Source: Octopus sinensis
Lineage: Eukaryota
NCBI RefSeq assembly: GCF_006345805.1
Contig: NC_043022.1
Location: 22,010,001 to 22,074,000 of the forward strand
DNA: 64,000 nt
Reading direction: 5' to 3'
Every line of letters starts with the position of its first letter. Position 1 is the first letter of the stretch. Below, one piece after another: positions 11,088-23,622 of the stretch. The notes under the pieces are model-generated. The model saw nothing but the letters and a program-made list of their open reading frames with translations, was not told where the DNA came from and did no database searches. Both the position numbers and the translations under genes were made by a program.

Positions 11088-12819
11088 GATGCTTTAAATA
11101 CAGAAACATATTCTAGTGCAGTCGTACTCTACCAAATTATTCTACCATACACCACCTGGTGATGATGACAATGACGAAGCTGATGGTTTCTAACACAGGT
11201 GTAAAAGTACAAATTTAGAGCAAGAGATTAATTGATTAGATTGACTCCAATACTTAGTTGCTGCTAATTTTATTGCCCACTGGCCATTTCAGAAGAATGA
11301 AAAGTAAAGTCCAGCATCAAGTTGTGAACTCTGAATTCAAAGGGACATAATCAAACTATGAAAGAGGTTTTGCGCACAATGCCCACTGATTCTATGAACT
11401 TCCCACTCTTTGCTAATTACCCATCAATGTATATTTGAATAGGGTTTAACCCTTTAGCATTCAGGTTACTCTGTCAAATGTAAAGCCTGTTTAATCGCAT
11501 TGTTTTAAATTATTTCATTGGTCTTTACATCCTAAGTTCAAATTCTACCGAGGTTATCTTTTACCTTTCATCTTTCCAGGATCAAAGGAACAAAAGCAAA
11601 ACAGTGCCAAGAAATTTGTCTACTGTTTCCGTCATTCATCAATAATTCAACCAAGATTCACGATAAATAACTCGGGAGAGTATAAATCTTTAAAAACAAC
11701 AACGAAAGTAACCATAACGAAAATAAACACGAACAGCAGCAGGTTTCAAATTTTTTGCACAAGGCCAGCAGTTTAGGGGGAAGGGGCGAAGTTGATTAAA
11801 TCGCCCCCCCCCCCGTCATCAACTGACACCTATTTTATAAGCCTTGAGGGGATGAAAGGCAAAGTCAACCTCGGCAGACTTTGGACTCGGAATGTGAAGA
11901 TGGAAGAACTGTCTGTCACTAAGCATTTCGCCCGGCATGCTAACGATTCTGCCAGCTAGTTGCCTTAACAACAGTAAATATTAGCTGCTAAGAAGTAGTA
12001 CTACCACCACCACCACCACCACCACCACCACCACCACCACCACTAGTAATAATAATAATAATAATGATGATGATGATGATGAATAATTTGTTTGTTTATT
12101 GGCCACAAGGGCTAACAAAAATCAATTAAAACATAAAGGGACAAAACACAAGATGAAATTTACAAAGGGTTTTGTCCATTTGAAAAAGACGATGATGATG
12201 ATGATGATAATTGGTGCACTTTGCACTGCACCCAAACTGCTAGTTAAGAGATGAAGGATATCGGAACTGAGACTCGCATTGTCAACTGGTAGAACAATGC
12301 AATCTTATAGTCTACAAGAATCTTAAGAAAGATTCTTCAGATCTGAAGAGACTTGTTAGCACTAAACCTCAAAACAACATCCCTGCTAACTAACACAGCA
12401 CAACAACAACAACAACAGCAATAATAATGGAGCAACTCTAGAATATCTCAGAAAATGTCCAGAAATGATCATTTTTGATTCTTTCTCATTTGTTTTTTGT
12501 TTAACTGCTTCTCTAACATACACAAAAATATAATATAAGCGTTTATACACACACACGATGTGTGTGTGTGATATGGGTAGGTATGTAGTTTTCATTCTGG
12601 TTCTACATTGGGTCCCTAGGAATATTAATTGGAATTTTCCCCTCTAAAAAGTGTTTGAGATAAAAAGAAAAAAACAATAACAACAACAACAACAACAATA
12701 ATAACAGTGTTAATAACAAAAATTACATTTTGTGTTTTGCAATGGTGAAATGAATAAACAATTAAATTTTCTTACCAGGAGATGATGGAGATAGATGACT
12801 GACAATGTTGATAATGATG

Positions 12820-12854
<35 letters not shown>

Positions 12855-13975
12855 GACGAATAATAAACAGAAAGCAAGGCAGGTTTGATGTGAACCCCCA
12901 CTACTATCACCACCACCACTAGTTCCTGGAAGAGGACAGTCAGACAGCTTACTACTGGCACAGCTGCCCTCTTTATCTAAACATTCCTACATTTATACAC
13001 ACTAACATACACACACACTGTGTTTATCTAACAGTGGCGTGAGAGGATGAGAATGAATGAGATGGCAGTGGTGTTAGCGGTAGTCTTGTTATTGTTTAGC
13101 CCTAGGCAAGTTGTGATGGAGCAGATCTATGGCCAAACATATTCACTTATATATATTTTTTCTTTTTTATCCTGTGTATATTTTTATCCAGTATATCATC
13201 CAGTATTCCTTTGGTAAGACAGTACAATGTAATCTAAGGGAGATTTGGCTGTTATTTCTAGCAAGTCCAGTGACTAGTGTTAGTGGTGGAATCTTTCAGG
13301 GTTTGAACTGAGCAGAGACCAGCTTAGCCAGAAGAGATGTAATTACATATCAAACTGCCCAGTGTGACACAACAAAGGTTTCCCGCCTCATGTGTGTAAT
13401 TTGTGTATGTTCATATTCACTGTCCACTCTGTGGACACTCCACACTCCACTGGATAATGTCCTCTGCAGCTTAATTACAATAGATGAGGCTGGCTTGTTG
13501 AGACACACGGACCAAGCTGGTTATAATAGGGTTTTCTTTCAAGTGTGCTGGAGAACAAACAGGGAGACGAAATGAGCAGGGGATACTGCTGCTACAGCTA
13601 CTACTACTACTGCTGCTGTAGTAGTTGCTGCCACTGCCCCAAACATTCTACTGCTGCTATTAGCAGTTGTGGTAGTTGTACTTAGTATCTTCTACAGCTG
13701 TGGTTCATTCACAGAGATCAAATCACCCTGCACTTACTCTAGCCTATCTCTCTCTCTGTCTGTCTTTCTTTCTCTCTCATCTTTCCTCTACTGGAGAGAT
13801 AACAGTCATGTTACTGCTGATTAAAGGATGTATCTTTGTGCCTATCTATTTGTTTATATATCTTTCTATCTATCTATCTATCAGATAGACACTATCCACC
13901 CTTATCTATGAATGCATGTAAGCATCATATATTTATTATAATGGATATCCATCCATTTACCAATCTAACTAGCTA

Positions 13976-14030
<55 letters not shown>

Positions 14031-15013
14031 TGTGTGCATGTGTGTGTGTAAATAAATAAATAAATATATATATATAATGGCGGTGCCGCAGCATGGCCAC
14101 AGCTCGTGAGCTGAAACTAGATAAAATAAAATAAAATAAACAAAAAATTAAAATATATATATATGTATATATAATCCATTGATAATTACACATACACGCA
14201 TATACACAGCTTAATATGTGTGTTTGTGTATGTGTGCATGCATGTCTGTGTGTGCGTGTAAATATATATATGTATATATATCCATCTGTCAAGCCTATAA
14301 TAAACTGTATGTATAAAATAAGGAAAAGAGAAGAGTCAGAGTGAAGTTTCAGCTCCGGTAAGTGAAAACACACAAACACACACAATTTTTTTTGTTTCTC
14401 TTTCAATATGGTGTACAAAAACATGTGTGCGTGAGTGGGTGAGTGTGCACATGCAAGCGTGAATGCATGCACATACACATACACGCAGAGGGTATCCCTA
14501 CATTATATTGATGCAGCCAGCCAGGGATGGTTGCCATAGCAGCAGGGAGATCTGGAATTCCTCAATATTACACACAGACACACACACTCACTCACAAAAT
14601 ATCCCTGGAGCTCAGCTGCTTCTGGGGTTCTGTCTGCCCCTCACATCCCACTCCCGTCCTGCCTGATACTGACCAGTTGATGCTAAAAATCTAACATCCG
14701 CTACACTCCTGCTAGGGGGGATAGGACTCGATGGTGATGGTTGTGGTGGTGATGGGGATTGTGAATGTTGTGGTGTTGGTGGTAGAAGCGATGGTAGTAA
14801 TGATGGTTGTTGTTGCTATTCTTTGGAGTTGTCTTTAGCTAGCAAATATTGGAATTTTCAAAGTAAAACATTTTTGCTCCTGACACTCACCGCTGCCACC
14901 ACCACCACCACTACCCCCTCCACATTTTGTAAAGCATAAAAGAATTTCACAATCCTGATAATGACAGACCTTTTCATCAATGTGTGAAGAGACAGATAAC
15001 ACATCCACCTCTC

Positions 15014-15056
<43 letters not shown>

Positions 15057-15899
15057 ATCACAGACATATATCGACACCTTCAATACTAATACACAACTCC
15101 TTCACTGCACATACACACACAGACCTTAACCACACTCACACTTCTGCCACACACACACATACTTCCATCATTACACATACCACCTACATACACCACTGCC
15201 ACCTCACATTATCCCCCACTGCAACTACCACCACCACCACCATCACCACTACCACTACCACCACCACCACCACTACCTACATGGAAAAATAACCCCACAC
15301 AACCTCCAGTATACCAATTGCCATTATCCCAAACTACTACCAACACCACAACCCTACCAAACCACTATTACCATTGCCTTACAACCACCATCACCCATTT
15401 AAGGAATGACAAAAAACCCCCAATAAAATCAATACCCCACTCCCCACATACACACAACCTTCTATCACCTATATTGCCTCAACATTGAAATAATGACAAT
15501 TATTCAATAAATAATGCTAATGAACCTTTTCAGATTCTAATTATTCAATCAATAAAAAAAACACTCCACTCCTTCCCATAAACTCTATTTTCTTTTGACG
15601 CCATCAAGAATTATCCTGATCAGTGAAATCCCTTTTAACACCAAGAATATCAAATGTCTGACGAGAATTGTTCATAAAAAGATAATCTCAGTCTATTTCA
15701 ATGAGTTTTGATTCTGCTCAGATGTTTAATTCATTTCTGGGTAATCTTTTATTTGTTTCAGTCATTAGACTATGGCCATGCCGGGGTACTGCCTTGGAGA
15801 ATCTTTTAGTTGAATGAATTGACCCCACGACTTAATATTTTGCTAAGCCTGGTACTTATTCTATCAATCTCCTCTACCAAACTGTTTTCTGACTTTGTA

Positions 15900-16260
15900 A
15901 ACATGTCCATGGCTGTTAGACAGGTGGAGTTTGAAAAGGTGCTCAGAGTTATTGTTTGTAAGATGGTTAATAATTTTATGGGTGTCTGCCAAGTCAGCTG
16001 CCAGACGTCGGAGTTTCAATGTGTCCATGCTCAGGGAAGTAAGGTGTTCTGATGGAGGGTATTCTCTTGGTTGCACGTCACTGAACGGCTTCCAGACGAT
16101 TAATATCCTAGGTAAGATAGGGATTCCAGACTGGTGATGCAAATTCCAGGTGAGGTCGTACCATAGCTATATAAAGCCGCAGATAGGCGGAGAGTGGCTC
16201 ACAGTCCCATGCTAGGCAAAGACATCAGTGATTTTACCAAATGAAACTTAAAGAAGGCTG
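15900..16260 (-). mobile_element. CR1/L2-group LINE 3' remnant
   Basis: Minus frame LRRLAADL..THKII...LFKL...SHGHVYKV resembles the CR1 ORF2 C-terminus (L..RR...DL...YKI...F......RGH..KL). Confidence 0.6.
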
Positions 16261-17574
16261 TGTGTGTTTGTCGACACTGCATGCTAGATGTAAACAAATG
16301 TTACCACCATTATAAGCAGTGTTGCTCAGCCACCATGTTGGGGACAGGTGAGGACTAGTGTCAAGAGTGCTCAGCCTGCCCCCAAACCTCAAAAGTTTTG
16401 TCCTACCCATGCAAACATGGAAAAATGGGTAAGATGTTGAGGACACAAATATGTTTGTGTGTGTGTGTATGTGTGTACATGTACAAACACAGATTCTAAA
16501 TATTGTGAACATACAAACTAAATATTGGATGTGTATGTGTGTATACACACATAAATATACATATATATATACACACACACACACACACATATATATGTAC
16601 TCTGAGTGTTTAACATAAAGGTGACTGATGATGATTGAAAAGCAAGTGAACTGTCATACTTAAGAAAATGGTTTTAAACTTTTAAAACTGCCCAGCATCG
16701 TGGAAAAGAAGAAAAGAAAGAAAAAGAATTATATGGAGGCTAACTACTTTGTCTTCTCTTTAATAAAGAGGCTGGTGCCAAAAAGTTCAGATATTTTGAG
16801 GGAGGGGAAGGAATGTTGACCGGTATTTCTCTCTCTCTCTCTCACACATACACACACACTCACTCACTGTAATACTTTTGATTTGTGTTTCTTAAATTTC
16901 TGACGTGAAACCATGGCTATTCTAAGCAAACTGGCCCTAGATTTGAAGTCGTTATTTTATATATCTATCTATCCATCCATCCATGCATTTTTTCCATTCA
17001 TATTCCTAGGAGGGTTGTGGAAGTGGAGTCACCAGGCACTTCCTCCACAGAATCCTATCAGAAGCAACTGTCATTACACTTCCCAGCTGGATTCTCGAGT
17101 ATGACCAACTGAGGCTATAGATATTAATCCAACCATCTTCTTTATTTCATTTAATTTGCCACAAGTGCATCACACAGATAGAAGCTTTGCGGGCTGGACA
17201 CGGACATTAATGGGATGAATGATAATGATGCAAAAATGATGATGATGGGAGAAGACAAAACGCGCCCGCCGACTTTCGCTTCCAACCATCTTCTTACTCT
17301 ATCACTAGGTCTCCTACCAGTTCGCTTGGCTTTAGAATCCATTCCCTAACTCACCTCTTTGACATTCTAACTGAAAACATTCTAACATATTTGAAATGTT
17401 GAGTGACTCACACAGTAAAACACTTCATAATTCTACTGAGATACAATTCAAAAATAAAAGTTCTTTATATATCAGTTCATTTACTTAGTGGGAGTTGACA
17501 GTTTTTTTTTGTTTTTTGGATATTCATCTGTATGGGATTGTTTCTTTATTGTGTGATATCATGATATAATTTTC

Positions 17575-17970
17575 AGATCTTTTCGGTTTGAACAGCAGTT
17601 TTTTCTAGCGGTGTCATATGAAATTGTCACCCATAATTATGACCGTAGTATTGCATTTCAATCTTAGTTAGGGTTAGGGGTGGGGGGAAGGGTATCTTTT
17701 TTTCTTCACAAATGTAAATAAACCCAATCTGTTTCTTAAACGAGGGACATATTCATACGGCACAGAATGTTTTCACCTCAATAGACGCCATTGATTGGTT
17801 GAAATTGCAGAAAAAAAACAACAAATATCTTACAAACTATAGAATTTTCTCAATACAGCCAAGAGAAAAAGATCTTTTATAAACACATTCTACCAGTATA
17901 CAAAGTTTAAAAGTGTTTAGTTACGTGGAAATTATTTTAAAAAACTGCTGTTCAAACTGAAAGGAACCTA
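17575..17970. mobile_element. MITE with ~28-bp TIRs and an internal TTAGGG-like G tract
   Basis: tttcggtttgaacagcagtttttt / aaaaaactgctgttcaaactgaaa; deleted relative at 24364-24470 (ggatcttttcc/ggaaaagatcc). Confidence 0.75.
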
Positions 17971-18419
17971 ATTTTCTTTTTCAAATAATATTTATCATAG
18001 TGAAACATATTTGAAATTAGGGTGAGACACCCCTATACTGATTTCAGACAATCAGGTTGGGCAATACAAGAGTATCATGATATAACAATTTCCTTTAATT
18101 TCTAAGTTTTCTTCTTTCTACTATATTTTTCAATGCAGATAAACTATATTAACAATAACTTTATTATATTTTATAATCAATATTAGTCATTATATTATAT
18201 ATTATTCTACAATGAAAATTCTCTTTAGTTTTCTAAATCGCTTTCAACATAATACATATGAGATTACTGTATACAGTGCTCAGGTGCAATGCATTCTATT
18301 GGATAAAATGAAAAGGACAGAAACCAACAATAAGTCAAGAAAGAAAAGACAGCAATGATAGCTAAAAGTGCATGCAAAGTACGCAGGATAAAACACAGAA
18401 AGGTGGAACATTAAATGAT

Positions 18420-18643
18420 GTGGAGGCACATGGCCTAGTGGTTAGAGCAGCGGACTCGTGGTCGAGGGATCGCGGGTTCGAATCTCAGACCGGAAGATGT
18501 GTGTGTTTATGAGCGAAACACCTAAGCTCCACACGGCTCCAGCAGAAGGTAATGGCGAAACTTCTGCTGAATCTTTCGCCACAACTTCCTCTCACTGTTT
18601 CCTCCTGCATCTTGCAGTTCACCTGCGATGGACTGGCGAAACA
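18420..18643 (+). mobile_element. tRNA-derived SINE
   Basis: A box TGGCCTAGTGG, B box GGGTTCGAATCT; head shared with 2173-2470 but a different 3' part. Confidence 0.8.
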
Positions 18644-18952
18644 AATCTGGAGAAACAAATCTGTAGCTTACACTTAGTTGTTTGGTTAACTACCATTAGA
18701 TAATGTAGTGAGAGATACACCACGTGTGAACAAAAAAGAAGCAAGCCACACATTTGATTGAAAGTGTGCTGGATCAAGACTGACAGGAGACTTTGCATCA
18801 AGGTACATCAAATAAAGTAACCTATTAGATAATGTAGTCCTAGATGCACTGTACCTAAATAAAAGACACTACATGCAATTTACTATAGACAGATGAATGG
18901 ATATGTCTGCACATAAACATACATGCATGCAGCTCAATAGATATACACTACT

Positions 18953-19363
18953 CTCTCTTTAATCTCTCTTTTACTTGTTTCAGTCATTTGACTGTGGCCA
19001 TGCTGGAGCACTGCCTTTAATTGAGCAACTCGACCCCGGGACTTATTCTTTGTAAGCCCAGTACTTATTCTATCAGTCTCTTTTGCCTAACCGCTAAGTG
19101 ACGGAGGCATAAACACACCAGCATCGGTTGTCAAGCAATGCGAGGGGGACAAATACAGACACACAAACATACATATACACACATATATATATATACATAT
19201 ATACGACGGGCTTCTTTCAGTTTCTGTCTACCAAATCCACTCACAAGGCTTTGGTCGGCCCGAGGCTATGGTAGAAGACACATGCCCAAGGTGCCATGCA
19301 GTGGGACTGAACCTGGAACCATGTGGTTGGTAAGCAAGCTACTTACCACACAGCCACTCCTGC
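18953..19363 (-). mobile_element. SINE family A
   Basis: Full-length copy. Confidence 0.85.
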
Positions 19364-19967
19364 TAGTTAGATATATGAATGGATGACAGATAGATGGGCA
19401 TACACACACTCACTAACTCATTCAAAGTGCTGCCATAACGAAGTTTATGACAGTGCCCTTTCTTGCTAATCATTGCTGAAGAGGAATGTGCTTCTATGGA
19501 TGGTAGTGATAAAATGCCAGGCAGCAGAAAGAGACCAAAGTCAGGACCATATAAGAGCAGCAACAAGAATGTTATAGAAAACATGTGTGAGACTGACCTC
19601 CCGTTCATGAGACTACTATTTCCTGTCAGGTTTCAGTTTATCATGTCTATTAAGGCAAGTGAAGTCTGTAAAATTGGTCAGTTTGACCCTTGAGACATTG
19701 TTTCTCTCATACTCAAGTGTATATGGACATAGGAAATAACGTGTACGAATTAACCCTTTAACACATGTTAAAGGGTTAATATGTATCAGAATGCATGGCT
19801 TACAACCAAGCAATATAATATAAAGTAGTTCGATATAAAATACCTGAATAGGATGGTCATGCCTGGAGCATCTTTAATTATAGGTTTGTTGGATCAAACA
19901 GTTGCTAAACAACACTAAAAACCCATCACCAAAATTCAGTAAATCTGATCATCTCTTTCATGGTTAA

Positions 19968-20191
19968 TTAACCCTTTAGTGTTTAAACTGGCCATATCTG
20001 GCCCAAATATTCTGTTTTATAATCAAACTGGGAATATCTAGCCCCTCAAACCTAACCTACATTGACATTCAAAAAATAAACAATCACATCATTGAAACCT
20101 CAAAGCTATGAGATAATGCATGATTAATTCAAAACAATTTGAGTGAAAAAGTATTACATTTAACAGAGTAATCTGAACACTAAAGGGTTAA
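19968..20191. mobile_element. piggyBac-like MITE
   Basis: TTAA-ccctttagtgtt ... aacactaaaggg-TTAA termini; family also at 48090, 57165 and 61456. Confidence 0.8.
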
Positions 20192-20376
20192 AACAAGTAA
20201 ATTATAATTTTGATTTCAGAACAAGAAAAACAACAACAGTAACAATAATACCTTAAAAAGGGTCAAAGGCATTATCTGTTTTCCTTTGAATGTGCCATTA
20301 CAAAAAAAAAAAAAGGAGGGGTGTAAGACAGACAGACAGACAGACAAAAACAAGAAAGCAGGAAATAAACACTTAC

Positions 20377-20505
20377 TCTTAGTTTTTCTAACTTCTTACG
20401 TCCTAGGTAACCTCGGCAGCAGGCTTGGAATTTGGTAATTGTTCCTGTGATCTTCTCATCACGAGCCACTTCAAGGCTAGTAAGTGAACCAGCACGGAAG
20501 AAAAC
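20377..20505 (-). CDS. MYO18: Myosin-XVIII exon: end of converter plus IQ motif
   Basis: tacag|GTT...AGA|gtaagt, 129 nt, phase 0/0. [43 protein letters not shown] aligns to recalled human MYO18A VFFRAGTLARLEEQRDEQ...FQAACRGYLAR. Confidence 0.92.
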
Positions 20506-20972
20506 CTGTAATATTGAAAATGATATATGCAATTAAGAAAGAAGGCTATCTGCTGAATTCATAAACCTAACCATTATTGAAATCACTGTTATTAACCTTT
20601 TTGATAACAATCCCACCTGAAACTTCTGCGATGCATGTTCTATGATGCGAAAATCTCTAGTGTTAATGTGTTCATATATAAGTTAATTTCTTCCAAAATT
20701 TATGTAAGAACCTTATATTAGTTATATAATAAACATTGGATGAATAACAAAGAAGTTGGTGATAACATGAATTGTAGATTTTTTCAAAATTAATTGGAAT
20801 ATATAATAAAAACAGTGTGTTTAAATAGACACATGGTCACAGGAGGGTGAAATCTTCAAAATTGCTGATGTGATATTGCATACACACATAGGTATAAATT
20901 GAAAGACAGAGAGAGAAATTAATTATAACAAACATAGGGATAAATTGAGAGAGAGGTGAGAGAGAGTGGGGA

Positions 20973-21004
<32 letters not shown>

Positions 21005-21650
21005 TTAATTATAACAGCCCCCATAGCTTGGTTGCTATTTCATTGAGCCATAAAAGAATGAAATACTGAAAATGACCTTTGCAAAATTTGAACTTACAAT
21101 GTAAAGTTATATAACTAAATACCAGGTAACAATGTCTGACACTAATGATATTGAAAATTCATTACCAGTGTAATATTGATATCAAGCGCCCTTAGAATTT
21201 TAAGGGCCAGAAGTGCTTAGATCTGATTTTATGAAGAAGGATGCATAAGGTGAATATCTTCTTGGTAAGACAGTGCATTCAGAAAGGTGCTAAAAGGGCA
21301 GAGACATTGCAGAGTTGAAGGGGTTCTTTATTTTATCTTGTCAAGGACATGACAACCTGTCTAGTCTAGTTCCATGATAAAATGCACCTAGACCATTTTG
21401 TGAAGTGATAGATGTTATGAAGGACATCTAACCTTAGAAACCAGATAAAAATGAACTTGAATGTGCTAGTGAGACATAGTAAGACTGTGCATAGGTGAGC
21501 AGTAAATACAAATAAGAACTGATTCAGGATAACCCATCCAACCCATGCCAGTATGGGAAGCAGATGGATGATGATGACAATGATAAGACTTTCATAGAAA
21601 ACAATCCTCTAAACATCTTGTTTGGGTGCACCAAAATGAGGTACATGTTT

Positions 21651-22204
21651 GGCGATGTTTCGGTTGTCATAGCACACGTTTCCGTCGATTTCCGTAAAAA
21701 ATGTAAACACTGAATCGGCCATACATACATACATACACACACACATACTTACACACACACACATACATAGATACATACACACACACACATACATGCAGAC
21801 ACACATATACACATACACTGAGTAAAAAATTACACTGAATCGGCCATACATACATAGATACATACACACATACAAACTTACACACATACATAGATACATA
21901 CACACACACATACATGCATACATACATATACACATACACCGAGTAAAAAATTTCAGTTATCTCTCTCTTTCACACATTACTCTCTCTGTCTCTTCACACA
22001 CACTAACAGAAGCACTTCACTTACACAACATACTGTCTGTCTCCCACACCCCATCAAACACACACACGGGGACTTCAAAGAGAAATTTCCTCGTCATAAA
22101 ATCGCTTCCTCTTAGTCTCTTTCGCTCTCATTACTTATGCAAAAAATTAAAAGTTTTTTACGGAAATCGACGGAAACGTGTGCTACGACAACCGAAACAT
22201 CGCC
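21651..22204. mobile_element. Young MITE, Merlin-like (GG termini, 8-bp TSD)
   Basis: 51-bp TIRs (21651-21701 and 22154-22204, one mismatch); exact TSD acatgttt at 21643-21650 and 22205-22212. Confidence 0.85.
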
Positions 22205-22355
22205 ACATGTTTTGCTCCAGAAACACAATGATATACCTGCCATGGATTTGAACTCATGATCTCTAAGCAAATAGGCCAGTTCTCCTGAACTCTCTTGCTT
22301 CTCTAATCAGATAATGCCAGTTCAAATATGTGTATTGCATTTCTTTGACATAGAT

Positions 22356-22763
22356 ACTCTTTTACTCTTTTGCTTGTTTCAGTCATTTGACTGTTGCCAT
22401 GCTGGAGCACCACCTTTAGTCGAGCAAATTGACCCCAGGACTTATTCTTTGTAAGCCTAGTACTTATTCTATCGGTCTCTTTTGCCGAACCGCTAAGTTA
22501 CGGGGATGTAAATACACCAGCATCGGTTGTCAAGCGAAGTAGGGGGGACAAACACAGACACACAAACATATACACACACACACACACACATATATATAGA
22601 TACATATATACGACGGGCTTCTTTGAGTTTCCGTCTACCAAATCCACTCACAAGGCTTTGGTCGACCCGAGGCTGTGGTACAAGACACTTGCCCAAGGTG
22701 CCACGCAGTGGGACTGAACCCGGAACCATGTAGTTGGTAAAGATGCTACTTACCACACAGCCA
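22356..22763 (-). mobile_element. SINE family A
   Basis: Full-length copy. Confidence 0.85.
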
Positions 22764-23430
22764 TACAAAGAGAATGTTTCAAGGAAGGGCATAGCATCAA
22801 TATATTAGCAGTACTTATTTTATTGGTTCCAAGGAGGTGAAGAGGCAAAGATCACCAGAGTGAGATTTGAACTCAGACTCATGATAGATGAAATTCTGTG
22901 AGGTGAATCATTTTCTATTTGCACTTCCTCCACTTTCTTTCTACCCACAGTCTACTGACAGAGATGAATAGCTTTTAGTATATCAGGTCTCAGGCCACAA
23001 ATTTATAGGGAGAGGTGATAGTGGATTTAATCAGCTCTCGTATTTAAGGTATTTATCAACTCGAGAGAGCCTCTATATAGACTCTCAGATGGGTAGAAAT
23101 AACAGCCAAATCTTTTTAAATCAATGCATCATCTAAACAAAAAGGGCTTATTGTAACAATGTAAGCAAAGCTATAAGACCTTTAACCATAGGCCTGCTTA
23201 ATTAGAGCAGACCAGGGGCTAAAAAGCAACAACAATTAAATATAAAGCTACATTTTGTAAAGATATATGTCTATCAGATATGGTCTGTATTGCCAAAGAA
23301 ATAGTTTAAAATGAGATACATAAAAAAAAAAGAGAAAGCTAAGTTTGTGTGTCATGAGGAATGGCTAAGTTCTGATGTTTCAGCTAAAGCTTTCTTTAAA
23401 GAAGAAATGAAGGGAAATATACTTAAAATC

Positions 23431-23622
23431 GGCGTAACTTCGGTATATGTACCGGTGTAAGTACCGGACACATTTCAAGAAAGTGCTTTTTTTATGGGAA
23501 GGGGGTTATTGTTAGGATTAGGGTTAGGGTTTGTGTTAGGGTTAGGGGTGGGAGAAAAGGGTTTCTGTTATCTTCAGAAATGTAAACAAAGTCACGTGTG
23601 TACCTATACCGAAAGGTTCGCC
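23431..23622. mobile_element. Older MITE with GGCG termini and telomere-like core
   Basis: Imperfect ~22-bp TIRs; degenerate 8-bp TSD ttaaaatc/ttggaatc; internal ttagggttaggg. Confidence 0.65.

Noticed and set aside
14835-15083. Cys/Gly-rich minus ORF (HIDEKVCHYQDCEILLCFTKCGGGSGGGGGSG)
   Set aside because: Built partly from (GT)n and (GGT)n repeats, has no acceptor, and its donor is in phase 1, incompatible with the flanking MYO18 phase.
15656-15680. Other CTGANGA hits (also 12352, 25327 and minus 10503)
   Set aside because: They lack a paired stem II followed by GAAA and a stem III/NUH site; not hammerheads.
17151-17356. Small CpG-rich patch with a 63-aa ORF and an adjacent GAG|gtgagt donor
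   Set aside because: No recognisable homology; upstream ATGs give phase 1 or 2 only; left unassigned.
18420-18495. tRNA genes (also heads at 2400-2470, 10155 and 47003)
   Set aside because: A and B boxes are present but no complete cloverleaf is evident, and each runs into a SINE body.
1-20376. Next MYO18 exon (expected ...W.WW.L...V.PL)
   Set aside because: No CCACCA in a coding-like, splice-flanked context was found; the exon probably lies beyond the window start.
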